From Balanoglossus misakiensis (taxonomy: Eukaryota; Animalia; Hemichordata): DNA of 64,000 bases. Under the pieces are notes generated by a model. It searched no databases, was not told the DNA's origin, and saw only the letters and a list, made by a program, of their open reading frames with translations. The position numbers were made by a program, and so were the translations under genes. Numbering within the stretch: position 1 is the first letter of the stretch; every line of letters starts with the position of its first letter. The DNA lies in assembly GCA_040954595.2 (NCBI GenBank), contig CM082579.2:16282550-16346549 (forward strand), written 5' to 3'. Of this stretch, positions 51,795-64,000 are shown in pieces.

Positions 51795-52751
51795 TAGATA
51801 TTTAGTGACTCGCTAACTGTTGCGATTCGTGTGTGTGTAATTTACGTACTTCAAGTTAAATATCGCAACTAGCCGTAATGTTTGACTAGGGGGAGCACCT
51901 ATACTAATGCGAGTACCAGGGATTGAAAGTTGCACCTGTATTTTGATCCCTTAGTTACCCTTATAAGTACATTTGTAGTTTAATAACCATAGTTCTATTG
52001 CAAACCATTCTTTCCGTAGTTTCTTGTTTCAAATATTGTAATCTGAATTTATTTTGATGTTTAACAGGTGTGATTATCTGTATTTGCGGCCATTTTGAAA
52101 AAAATTGGTTGCCATGGAAACTCTTCAACAGATATTTAGTGACTCGCTATCTGAATTTGTTCAGTACACATTAACACACATCTGAGCCAAGTTTGGTGCT
52201 TTTATCACAAAATACACAATCGATATGAAAATTTGGGTTTTGGTGCTCCACTACCTAAGTAACATTAAGGATGTACGTTCAATAAAATGGAAAGTATTGT
52301 CATTTTTTTTAATTGTGGATTTTTTTATTCTCTTTTGTATGTATAATGAAAATCCGTAATAAAATATAGGGGTCACCGCGCTTGTTTTTGAAATACAGAG
52401 CCATGAAATTGGTCGATAATAGAAGAAATCTGCTGACTCAGCATTTTTCACCAATGGTTTGTTTGTCTATGGCCAAAATTCTTAATGCAATTTATCTCAA
52501 AAAAGAGCGCGGTGACCCCTATATTTTATTTGACCAATGAATTTATATTTGCTGGACTGAGCTATGTGTAAAATTTCGTGAAAATGACAATAGTAGAAGT
52601 TTGTTTTCTGGCGATTATCAATGTAATCCTATGGGAAAAAGACCGGACACGCAGTGTTTCCGGTTTATGTTCTGCACGTACATCCTTGATGAAGTTTGCT
52701 GGCTAGAGGGCTCCTAAACCTCCTTAATATTTGACGTCTTCACTCCTACAG

Positions 52752-55393
52752 GACTGCGCAGCTGGAAGTTAAAGTTCAGCATGTTCTGAAGCATGCACGC
52801 TGTGTCCAGGGGTTTCATGTGTGGAACAGCCAGCCTCTCATCACCAACACAATGCGGACTGGGATATTTTGCCAACAATGGAAGTATAGACTGTACGCCT
52901 TGTCCTGCCCCGGGTATAAGTGCCAATATGATGGTATGTCGGAGCCAGAGGTGTGTGAAGATGGATACTACACTAATATAGATGGTGAGTCAGCACTTAA
53001 AGTTTGGGCATTACTGTGTAATCTTTCACTTAAAGGCACGTAAGCTGTAACTTTTGGGATAATTTTCATAATTTTTGTTTAAAACTGCACTACCATTAGT
53101 CCATGCAGATGAAGGCAGTGAACTATACACAAGCATTATAAACCCTAAATATGAGTGCATATGCAAGTTTTAACCAGATAAATAATAAAGCTTTGCCGCA
53201 AGCGATTATGGCCGCCACCCTGGGAAAATGCAAGAAATAATGAAAATGTTGCATTTCCGGTTGTGAAACTTCATAAACAAAACATGATCTCATCCACTTG
53301 AGCTCATGGAAGTAAATGTACACCACTGAGACATCAGATTTCCATTTTTCATTGCAATATTGCACTTTTTTTAAAATTGCAGGAATTTTTGTTTTTTCTT
53401 TAATTTTTGGCCATTGTGTCATAAATAAGTGTTGAGCTTGATATATTATCATGAAATATCATTTAATAGACATAATTAAAAGCATATATGAGATTATTTA
53501 AAACTTTAATTTTTTTATCCAGTTGCAGCTTACGTGCCTTTAAGGCGGACGATCATCTTATGTGCATGTACGTAATTCTGTGCGTACAAACATTACGTCC
53601 AGTCCAAATATTCTGCCAATTTTACATCCAATGCATTCAAATAGTGGACTGCTTCGCTTTCATCCAGTTTTCATGTGCATCGTATAAGTAGACTTTTGTT
53701 TTGTCCCGTCTTTTCACCAAATTTGCTCTTTTCCAAATCTCCGACACAGACTATGATCGTCACGATCTTGTCTGTTGTTAGAACAGCACACTGCCGTATG
53801 GCATTGACTGTACACAGTTTCTGTTACCAATATCTCTGGATTGGCATTTTCCTGTCCTCAATCTTTTGCCAGGGATTTTTGTCTCCCCAACCCGCGTGAG
53901 AATCCCACGTCTTTGAAGGTATGACTGTGACTATAAGATTCTATAAATCTCTGTTTATTTTCAGCACAAACATCATGTGCTGATTGCCCAGCTGGTAACC
54001 AATGTCCAAATGGTAACACTGTGATTTTATGCTCGGCTGGTTATTACAGTTCGGCCTTGGACAAAGGATGTCTCGCTGTACCTCTTGCATAACAGGTAAA
54101 CTTCTACCCACCCACCTTTATTTCCAACATCAAACATTAGGTCAGGTAATTTACTAACTGAAAAATAGGATGGGATCATTTTCTATTTCTGTATTTAAAA
54201 TTTACTGATATAATATATGAATGAAAAAATGACAATTTTTCCAAATTTGAATAGACCTCTATTTATGAAAATAATTAAAATTTGCACCAAATTTTTACAG
54301 TGGTATTCAAAGGTTAACTTGGTGTGTAAATTCTCTGTTTGATTTACAGATCAGCTGGTGCTGAACATTGTACTATTTGTGAGCAAGGGTACGCCTGCAC
54401 AGATCCCAGTGCATCGCAATTCAAGTGTACCAAGGGTTACGTGTCATTGGCTGGTGCAACAAACTGTACCAGATGTACAAATGGTAAGATTGTGGTACTT
54501 GTTCAGTTTGCTGTGTGATGAAACTGAGGGGTATGTGTGTTTGCATGTATGTGTTTACAACAGATTTTCAAGTCAGTGCGACTGGGGGTATGTGTGTGTG
54601 TGTATGTATGTATGTGTTTACAACAGATTATCAACTCAGTGCGAGATCTTGCGAGACCCGGTTAGCCATGTGAGATCTCGCAGAGTCTTATGATATTCAG
54701 AAAATGGTTGATTAGAAATGACGTTTAATGTCCTCCAAAGAATTTTCTACATGCCTGTATACTTGTCTCAGAATTATGAAGTGAATCATCTCAAGTAATT
54801 TGTTATTTTAAATGACACTGTATCACAAATACATCACTAAAAACCTCATTTTCTTTAATCAGATGAAATAAGTGAGGAGCCTGCACGCACATCCTGTCTT
54901 CTGTGCCCTGCTGGACAATCGTGTTCAGATCCAATGTAAGATCCGCTCGACTGTGGCAATGGTGAATATGCTATGGAAGGCGACGGCACATGCACGCCTT
55001 GTCCAGCGGGATCCAAGTGTCCAACCATGTCACCCGTAGTGGATTGTTCAACAGTTACTGGTAAGTTGGGCTGCAAATCACTCTTGTGACTTCCCTGTGT
55101 TATAGCATGGCATACACAGAAAATTAAACTGTTATGCTTATTGGAGTTGATATTGTGATGCACTTTGAAAAACACAATGATTCCACTGAAGAGGTATTGT
55201 ACAGTAAAACCTGTGATTACGGACATCTCTCTAATAAGGGATCGTTGGACCAAACCATGGTGGTAAAAATCGTTCTTTGAATTTTTTCTGTGATAGGTTC
55301 ATACTCGCTAGGTTCGGCCACGTCCTTCTGGTTATGAATGCACAACTACAAGTGTCACACAGTGCGCTACAGGGCAGTAAAGTGCTGAAGGAG
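52752..55393 (+). pseudogene. Cys-rich CPAGxxC repeat exon cluster, copy 3 (5 exons)
   Basis: Duplicate of 15596-18237 at +37156 with the same stops. Confidence 0.82.
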
Positions 55394-55504
55394 GTAAGTC
55401 TTGAAATCCCTTTTCTTCTTGTCTCGATTTGAACATGGTTCCACAAGTTGTTTACATCACTTGTAGTTTTACATATTTTTTGAGTTCAACAGCTAGCTAT
55501 ACAT

Positions 55505-56170
55505 GGTGTCCTGAGAAGTCAACCAGTATGAGAAGTCGGTCTCGGCCAGTACGAGAAGTCGGCCTGTGGGAGAGAACCCTGGTACTTTGTGTTATATATA
55601 ACTGTTTCACTACGAAATGTTTCCTTGATGTACAGGAGCTGAGATATTTGTACAAATAGCCGATGAATTTTAAAACTGTCTGTTCACTTTTCATGTACGT
55701 CACCGGGGTACGTCAACATCAGTCACCTGCACTTCTTGAGCTGCGCCAGTAGTCTGTTCCTTGTCACGTTTGTTTGTTTGTTTGTTTGGTGTTGTCTCAG
55801 AAAGTATGAATATACACATACATCTTCTATGTATTTTAGTAGGCTTTGAAACAACTCCCTTTAATCAGAAATGTCACAGGAATTTGGCGAACAACCTAAG
55901 CTCCTTATGCGGATATGGGGCTGGGGAACTGGTACGGATGCCAGACGCCATTATTTGAAATGACGCCATTGTGTTGTCAAGAATTTGGGAAATCCGTCCA
56001 AATGAAAATATTTAGTGCAATTATATTTTATTAAGTGTTGTTATAAGTAATCTGGGTCATTACTGCACTATTCGGGTACAAGTTCAACAACTGGCCGACT
56101 TCTCATACTGGCCGACTTCTCATGCGCGCGAACTGGCCGACTTCTAATCTGGCCGACTTCTCATGTATTC
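55505..56170. mobile_element. Non-autonomous TIR element with subterminal GAGAAGTCGGCC repeats (complete only in copy 3)
   Basis: Left arm has repeated gagaagtc(gg); right arm has four ctggccgacttct units. Direct repeat ctatacat at 55497-55504 and 56171-56178 (7-8 bp TSD). Only the left part survives in copies 1 and 2 (from 18349 and 39783). Confidence 0.75.
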
Positions 56171-56594
56171 CTATACATTAGTGAAAATTGGGCAAACTGG
56201 TGTTTTCAGACAACTTATGAAGTCCTTGTCTCAATGGAGGTACCTGCCAACAACAGGTAATTTCTTGTACTGCCACAATTTGCATGTGCACAGAGTGTTA
56301 CTAGGGAACCAGTTGTGAGACAAGTAAGTTTGAATCTGTAGCAGTTAATAATGATAATTATCATTTTTTTATTATGATTTAAACTTCACTGATGTTGTAC
56401 AAACACAAAAATAGAAAGGGATAGCAGCTTAGCTCTATTCCGTTTCGAAAGTTTTTGTTCTTTTAAACTACCTGTGCATTTTTTTTATTTATTCTGATTA
56501 TGCTAATATGCTAATTTGTCGGTTTGTCACATCACAATTTTTGAAGGAAACTCACCCCTGATGATCATGGAAAATTTGACCCTTTTCCTTGCAG

Positions 56595-59500
56595 GACTCA
56601 ACCAGTGTCAACCAAATCCGTGCCAGAATGGTGGCTTCTGTCAACCGGCTCGAAATTCCTGCTTTGATCTCACCTGCATATGTACTGGTTGCTACAAAGG
56701 TGATAGGTGTGAGATATGTAAGTATACAGCGCAGTCTCATTCAAATACTGCATGTTTCCTGAGCATAGGTGTAGCCATCACCACAGTAGAGCTTGGAGAG
56801 TTCTTGACATCGAATGCAAGATTACACTCTTTCCAATCAAAATCACTTTCGTGGCGCATAATGTCTTGATTGTCTTGGTTCAAGAAACATTATGCGCGAC
56901 TGGCCAATTTTACTGCCTTTTGTCAACACACATCCACTATGGAAATTCTCACTCCAGGCCAGATAGTGTAAATTTACATATGAGTCTACAGGTGTGCTTG
57001 AAGTCAAGTCAAGCATTTGCAAGGAACCCTCCTCCAGTACACAGGTCTTTGATTTCATGAAGGGAAGCCCTTGCCTCACAGTCACTGCCACGTGATCTAT
57101 GGAGGTGTGAACAACTTGATACCAGCCTAATATAAGTTGTAGGCACAATCACTCCACACACCCTTGCCATAATTCTGCAAGGTTTTTGCCATATCTGTAC
57201 TGTAGAATGAGTAGCAAGGAATAAAATGGCGTCCTTTCTTAATTTCTAGTGCAAAACCCCTGTGATCCCAACCCATGTATGAATGGTGGATTTTGCCAGC
57301 AAACATCGTGCAATTTCTATTCATGCCAGTGTGTGAACTCTTACACAGGTGACATCTGTCAAACCATAGACCCTAGAGAAAGAAGGGCGAGCAACTGCGG
57401 CAAAGATCAAAGGGTTTGGGGATTATCTGTATGATGATGTTTTTTTGTATATAATTAACACCCAGGACAGTCGGACAATGACTTCCTTACTTCGGCACGT
57501 GTCGACCCCACCAGTGATGCGAAAACTTGCCACCAAACTGGCACTACTGCATTTCAGCAGCCACTGCGTTTTTTTCTAAAATTCTAAAAGTATTACGATG
57601 TCTGTGCTAATTATTATGGTTTGGTGTTCGTCTGTCGGTTGAATGGTCATTTCTAGTGCCACAAGCTTCATTTAAAAATTGTAAACAAATCATCCATGTT
57701 TTTTGCATGTCCGACTGGGCACTCATATTTCTTAGTAACGCTGACACTTTTCGTAATAATTTTATGTTTGCGTGAAGCATTGAAATAAAAATTGTGGTTT
57801 AGGGGCATTTTATTTCGCAGTGCGTGAACAATAAAACAGATTTCACGAAAACAATTTGTAAACAAACTGGGTGGATTATCATGTGTGCGCTATGGCCGCC
57901 AGGCAACCCTCGGTACGGTTAGCTCACAGCCTTGTGAAATACCCGGACTGTTAGACAAAAGATGCTTGTTTTGGACGCTGTCAGACTCAGATTCAAATTC
58001 CTGTTTAACTTGTCCAGATGTGTTCCATAAATAATCGCTGCGTTCAACCACGTTGCAGTTTTCTCGTCTTCTGCGAGATGTTCTGAGGTGTTGTGATAAC
58101 TTCACACAAAACACGAGACTTTGCGATAGTTTATACACAGTTTATTTGCAAATTGGATTATTGGGATTTATCTGGAAATAATGTATGCAAAAGAACATCA
58201 TTTCAAGAAAAAACTGGAATTGCGCGTCCTTCTTTCTCTAGGGTCCATGGTCAAACAAGTGAGTATATACTTTCAAGACACCCTGCAAACAAACAAGCAA
58301 TCTTCATTCCGTAGATCTTTTAAGCTTATTTATACATTGTAAATTTTGATGTGAAACTTTATTGGTCTTGTTGCCAAACTTCTGAAGAAATGAGGATATT
58401 GTTTTGAAGGGTATTTTATCAGTAGGTAACAAATACCATGGCCCTCCATGCAAATACCCACATGGTAAATTAAAACTGTTACAGATGTATTTGATTTCCA
58501 CATATTGATTACATGTGGGATAATATTGGGTGCTGGCAGTTTCAGTAAATGAACTGCTCTTAAAAGTTGGGCGTCAGGGCACCCTTGATTTTGCCTGTTC
58601 CAAGCTAGAATAGTCTGTCCATATGAATATTTGTTCAGCAAGTTACAAGCAATCTTTTAAGTTTGGAATGAAAAAATAGTGAAATGACTTGTGATGTTAA
58701 TATGCAATTGTTGGTTGATTTACATGCAACCCCCAGGACTCGATCAATGTTCTCCCAATCCGTGCATGAACAACGGTATCTGTGAGCCAATCAGTGGATC
58801 GTGCAGTGCGTTTACCTGTCGCTGTCAAGGCTGTATCATTGGAATCACCTGTGACCAAGGTAAATTTATCAGACGAGGAACTGTTTTTCCCCCCTCATAC
58901 CAGTATATTTGTCATAGCTGGCAGCTATGAAATTACCTGTATATTTAGGATGTGACAAACCAAATAGGAACTTTCAGGAATTGAGTCTTTTTTGCAATTA
59001 CTAAGTCCTAAACTCCCAAAAGTATAATAAGTAATTCTTATTGTTCAGTTATACATTAAGGAGGCTTAGTTATAGGAGAACCCGATAGAACCACAGCTGT
59101 AGGAATTAAGGAAATGGTCATACCCTAAAAACTTATGTCACTACTATTTATTTATTTTCATTCCATTGAAACAGAACAAACTCCATGTAGGCCAAGTCCA
59201 TGCCTGAACAATGGGCAGTGTACTCGGCTGTCGTGTACAACTTATGAGTGTACTTGTCCAGGATGTTTCATCGGCACACACTGCAGCCAGTGTAAAACTC
59301 ATTAAAACAAACATTTTGTCATGCAGGAACTAACATTTACAATCATGTCTCAATACATTGTCTGTTGGTCATACTTTATATTTTCATCTTCAGCATCACA
59401 ACTTGGGCCTTGGGAATCGTTCACCTCAAAAATGATGTACAACTGAAAGAAAACATGTTTATTTGAAGAAAAAAATGTTGATCGTTCATGAAAATTTTCC

Positions 59501-62496
59501 CTACACAAGATACATATACAGAGATTTTCATAGCCCCACAAGTGCGTCCCAGAATGAGCAAGTTGTTTTTGGAAGTGAAGTTCCGTTCAGTATTTACAGT
59601 AATGGTAATGATGATGTTTTTATCAAACAGATTTTGAAAGTAAATATTGCTGAGATAACATTAGGTTGCACTTTTTATTGCAGTCCAAGATCCATGCCAG
59701 CGAAACAGCTGTCTCAACGGGGCTGTATGTAATGCAGTGGCCAACTCCTGCACGGCATATACCTGTGCCTGTACTGGTTGCTATGAGGGTAACCGTTGTG
59801 AAATATGTAAGTTTCTGACGTACCGTAAATGACAATCTTTTGGGCACTTTCTCTTCATGGCAATTGAATTGTGTGGTAACTTCTCATTTCTAAAATTTCC
59901 ACAAGAGAAAAGAAAACAGAAATTTCATTTGTATGTCCGTGCAATTTAGGATAGGCACGAACTTGTGAGGAAGTGTACGAAGCTGGATGTTTTCATCACT
60001 CAAATTTACAAGAGTTGCCTCTTGAAGACTAGTGTCTGTAGAGATAATTGTGCATATGAGGTAATCTCTCCTAAGGTGGTGCACACATCTGAGTATTAAG
60101 TAAAAGAGACATCCTTAATTATCCTTACTATTTGGCTTGAAAAATCAATCTTACTAGGTGTTCTGATTAGAGAGGTGTCCATAAAGACAGGTTTCACTGT
60201 ATTACCCAAAATAGAGACATTGTCCCTTCATCATATACTTAATGCGTGTTCTGGGTATGGTTCCAGTATAATGCTTGTGTCAAAGGATTTTGTTGTGGTG
60301 CAGGAATCATCTTTGGTTGAGGTGTAGCCATCTGCATTTCATGTTTTTTAAACTATTTTTTTTCTGATAGTCATTAACCCATGTGATCAGAATCCGTGTC
60401 AAAATGGAGGCTATTGTTCCCAAACACCAAATTCTTATACTGACTACACCTGTTACTGCCAGTAGTGTTGGACTGGGGCCATCTGTGCCGTAGGTGTGTC
60501 GAATTACTGTTTTATGACACAGCGTGGTATATAAACCCTAATTTTTGGTATTCTCAATGTGATAGATGGACCCATACACCAATAAATGGGGTGGAAGCAT
60601 TACTAAGTTTCATCCTTTCAAAATTTGCTGATGTAGGGTCAAAATTGAGTGTGAGGTGCACGTTAAAAAGGAAAGCCTTCTGTATCATGTTGACGGCACA
60701 TTTTTTAATTTTTCAAGATTCTTACAGAAAAATCCTAGCAATAGCATCATTATGTTATTTTAAATGTACAGGTTTGAAACAAGGAATGAAGACATTGCTC
60801 ACATATTTAAACGAAATGAACATCACAAGTACATGTACAAGTTTTTGACAAGCAGGTAATTGATACTTTCATTTTTGTTTTGGCAGCCATTGATCAGTTA
60901 TACTCTATGCCTTGTCAAAATGGTGGCACATGCGTTGCGCGAGACGGCTGTTTCCTGTTTGACTGTATGTGTACCGAATGCTTCACTGGTGCCACATGTA
61001 CAATGCGTAAGTACAAACCAATATTATTTTATTCAATGCAAAACTCTTGTTATGTATTATATAATATAAGTACGGTACACATATTAAAGCCCTGGTAACT
61101 CAAACTTTGGGCTAGCTTAATGTTATCACTATTTTTGTTTTCGGTTGCAACTGTGGTTTCTTGTCACACTCTAAAGGATTTCACAGCATTTGTTTTTTCA
61201 AAACAGCCCTTTGGTTGTTGTCATGTATACATGTACATGACTGTGGAGTGTAGTTTGTAGATTCTGTAATTTTGACAATATCTTGACTGCACATCCCACA
61301 GCTGTCAACCAGTGTCAACCCATCCAGTGTCAGAATGGTGGAAACTGTGTGCTGACGCCCAATTGGTGTACTGAATTCACATGCTCCTGTACAAGCTGTT
61401 ACTCCGGCGATTTATGTCAGACATGTGAGTGATTTTAAATTTCAGATGAAGAGGAACATAATAACATAACACATAATCGGCTTGCAGTTGGTTTCTTCCA
61501 ACCTGTATCAAACAGTGAATAACGACACAATTTTGGGGAAATTTATTAAGAATGTGTGTGCCATAAAAGGGGATTGTGTATTTGACCAAACAACAACCTG
61601 CACCGTATGGTACACTAAGACACTATTACACCTGTGTCAAAATTTCATTACGTTTCTTTTGTTGAACATGGAAGAAATTTGTCACAGTGATGTTCTGTTG
61701 ACCAACTGAGATTTTTACCACTCAACCCTGACTGCACAAATCTGTTTAAAGTATATGTAGTAAATATTAACTGTACACAATTTATATCACTTTCTCTTCT
61801 GTGCACAGATTTGAATCCGTGTCAGCCCAACCCTTGTCTAAACAGTGGATTCTGCCAGCAAGTGTCCTGCACCGAGTTCAGATGCCAGAGTTCGCGCTGT
61901 TTCATCGGAACCACGTGCGCTGAACGTAAGCAAACCAGTGTCAGATTTGCCGCACAAAGTAGAAATCGCTGGGCTTTGTCATTGATATTGTCTCAATAAA
62001 GTTGCCTGTGATTGTGCAGCTAACCAAGAGACTTATATGCACTACCGTAGCCATGATGTATACTTTCATTGACTCAAATGCTCATCAGAGTAGATGTTGC
62101 TATTTTTCCAACCGTAAATTGAAACATCAGAAAGTTATGACATCAACTACCCCCACCCCCACCCCACCCCACCCCCAACTAGTAAATATTATAAGATGCT
62201 GTAATTATGATAAAGATGGTAGCACCAAGCTTGGATCAAGTGGTCTTCATTATCCTTCACACATGAACATGATCACACGGATGTGCAATCTTCTGACAGT
62301 CTGCTACAGATTTCACTTCCCACTCAAGTGTGTAAGACCCTAATGTGATACTTTTCATTTCTCTCACCCTTAGCGATCAACCAGTGTCTTCTAAACCCAT
62401 GTCTGAATAACGGAGTGTATCAGCCACTTCAAGGCTCCTGCTCAATCTACACCTGCAACTGTCCAACCTGCTACACTGGGCAAACATGTGTTACAT
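56595..62496 (+). pseudogene. EGF-repeat exon cluster spanning the copy 3/4 boundary (10 exons in window, including unique exon 56595-56717)
   Basis: LNQCQPNPCQNGGFCQPARNSCFDLTCICTGCYKGDRCEI intact; exon 59684-59806 keeps Cys1; exon 60887-61006 is in frame (120 bp); TAG still at 60463. Confidence 0.9.
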
Positions 62497-64000
62497 GTAA
62501 GTCGCAAGTTTTTAGGTCCCATTGGTATGTACCATGGGACCTTATGGGATTGGTTACGTCTGTATGTATGGATGGATGGATGGATGGATGTATGTCTGTA
62601 TGTCCGTCCACATCGAAAACTTGAAAACCGCAGCGCGTATGACCTCGATATTTGGCGTGTAGATGCAGGCAGGGCTGTAGATGGGAGTTTGTTCAAATGA
62701 AGATGTCATTGCCAAAAATATGCAAATTAGCTGGGAAAATGTGAAATTGGTCAAAACTTAAAAACTGGACAACCACTGGTCATATTGATTTGAAAATTGG
62801 TATGCATGTACCTTATATCAACCTCATACAATCCTGTATGTTTTGAGCTAATATTATCGATTTCCTATTTTTTTTGCATTTTTTTGTATTTTTCCATGTT
62901 ATTGGTAAAAAGTCTTTGAAATTTAGTATGAAGCCTCCTAATGTTGTCTAAGTAACCATAGTTTTGTTCAAATTGTTGCAAAATTTGCATATCTATAATT
63001 TTGAGCAATATTTGCCATTTTTGGTCAAAAAATGTTTTTCTTTAAAACCTCATGCCAGATTGCTTTCCAATTTGGTAGGCATGTTCGTAGGGGTAACCTA
63101 AATAATATGTTGTAAAAAAAAAAGATATTTGCATAAATGTGTTATCGGGGAAACTTTTGCAATTTTTGTCAAAAATTGTTTTCTCTGAAACCGCTTGTCC
63201 TATTGCATTGAACTTAGGCAGCATGTTCCTTGTAGTGATTGAAGTAAGATATTGTACAATTTTGGTGATATTTGCATATTTGTGTTTTTGCCACTTTTGA
63301 ACAAATATTTTCTGTGAAACTGCTTGTTGGATTGCTTTGAAATTAGTTTTTTCTCTGATTGCTTTGAAATTTAGGATATAATTTCATAACACATACCTGT
63401 ATATGTGCAACTTTTATTCAGTTCTGAGATCAGAAAGATTAAATATTTAGCGAGTTTTTTTGGTAAGTTTCTTAGTTTTTGGTTAGCAAATCTTCTCCTA
63501 AACAAATTGTCCAGTTGTTTTTAAAGTTACTATTTACAAGGAGTTGTTACCTCGAACAAAGACATGTTTACATAACTTAAATAGGCCAGCTGTTACAGAG
63601 ACCACCAGCTATCAAATTTTAATTACCAGTGGCAGGTCAGTGTGTGTCTGTTCCAGGGCTGACTGAAAGAAGTTGCTTCGCATATGTGTTTGTACAGACA
63701 ATTTTTGGTCATTTTTTTTTCTAGCACCACTTGTAAGACTGCCATGACACATGATAGTTTATTGGGCATGTTCCTTGTTAATGTTTTTACATTCCATATT
63801 TCTATATGGTCAGATCATATCTGCTTGCAAATGTCACCTGTAATTTTTATTCTGGTGTGTCACTGTTTCCGCATAATCCTCAAATGTCATCAGATCTCCG
63901 AATGTGATGAAAACAGTGTGTTTTGAGTGTTTTTTAAATGACCTTTTGGGTTAAAAGTGGCAAAAATGGCAATTTTGTCTTGAAAGGGGTCAATAAGACT
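59741..64000 (+). repeat. Tandem segmental duplication, copy 4 (partial, runs off the window)
   Basis: Matches 6587-~10846 at about +53154. Confidence 0.96.

Larger units (their letters stand above)
42925..59740 (+). repeat. Tandem segmental duplication, copy 3 (16816 bp, least-deleted form)
   Basis: Offset to copy 4 is 16816; carries extra 798, 23 and 1094 bp relative to copies 1 and 2. Confidence 0.97.

Noticed and set aside
55505-56170. Short repeated ctggccgacttct units as a CRISPR-like array
   Set aside because: No regular unique spacers, eukaryotic context, and the units are arranged as inverted subterminal repeats with a TSD.
6587-64000. Calling the EGF gene Notch, fibropellin or another named gene
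   Set aside because: Only repeat modules are visible, with no diagnostic LNR, CUB, avidin-like or transmembrane exons, and the cysteine pattern differs.

Overview
Eukaryotic, AT-rich, intron-containing animal DNA; the repeat families and exon types suggest a marine invertebrate, possibly a deuterostome (inference). Bases 1-6586 are a mosaic of non-autonomous DNA transposons around two exons that translate to a DNA-PKcs (PRKDC)-like segment with an in-frame stop. From 6587 to the window end is a near-identical tandem array of a 14.9-16.8 kb unit (copies start at 6587, 21468, 42925 and 59741; the last is cut by the window edge). Each complete unit carries 10-11 phase-1 exons encoding an unusual 8-cysteine EGF-like repeat, 5 exons of Cys-rich CPAGxxC (ephrin-receptor-like/GCC2-GCC3 type) repeats, a decayed L2/CR1-group LINE, an old Gypsy remnant and several MITEs. 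Inactivating lesions are shared by the copies, so a dead gene segment appears to have been amplified. Copy 2 alone contains a young, intact 6550-bp Gmr1-type Gypsy LTR retrotransposon (826-bp LTRs, TACAG target-site duplication, tRNA-Pro primer-binding site, one gag-pol ORF in PR-IN-RT-RH order). Copy 3 keeps 798, 23 and 1094 bp segments deleted from copies 1 and 2. All identifications come from reading the sequence and recalled motifs; no database searches were run.
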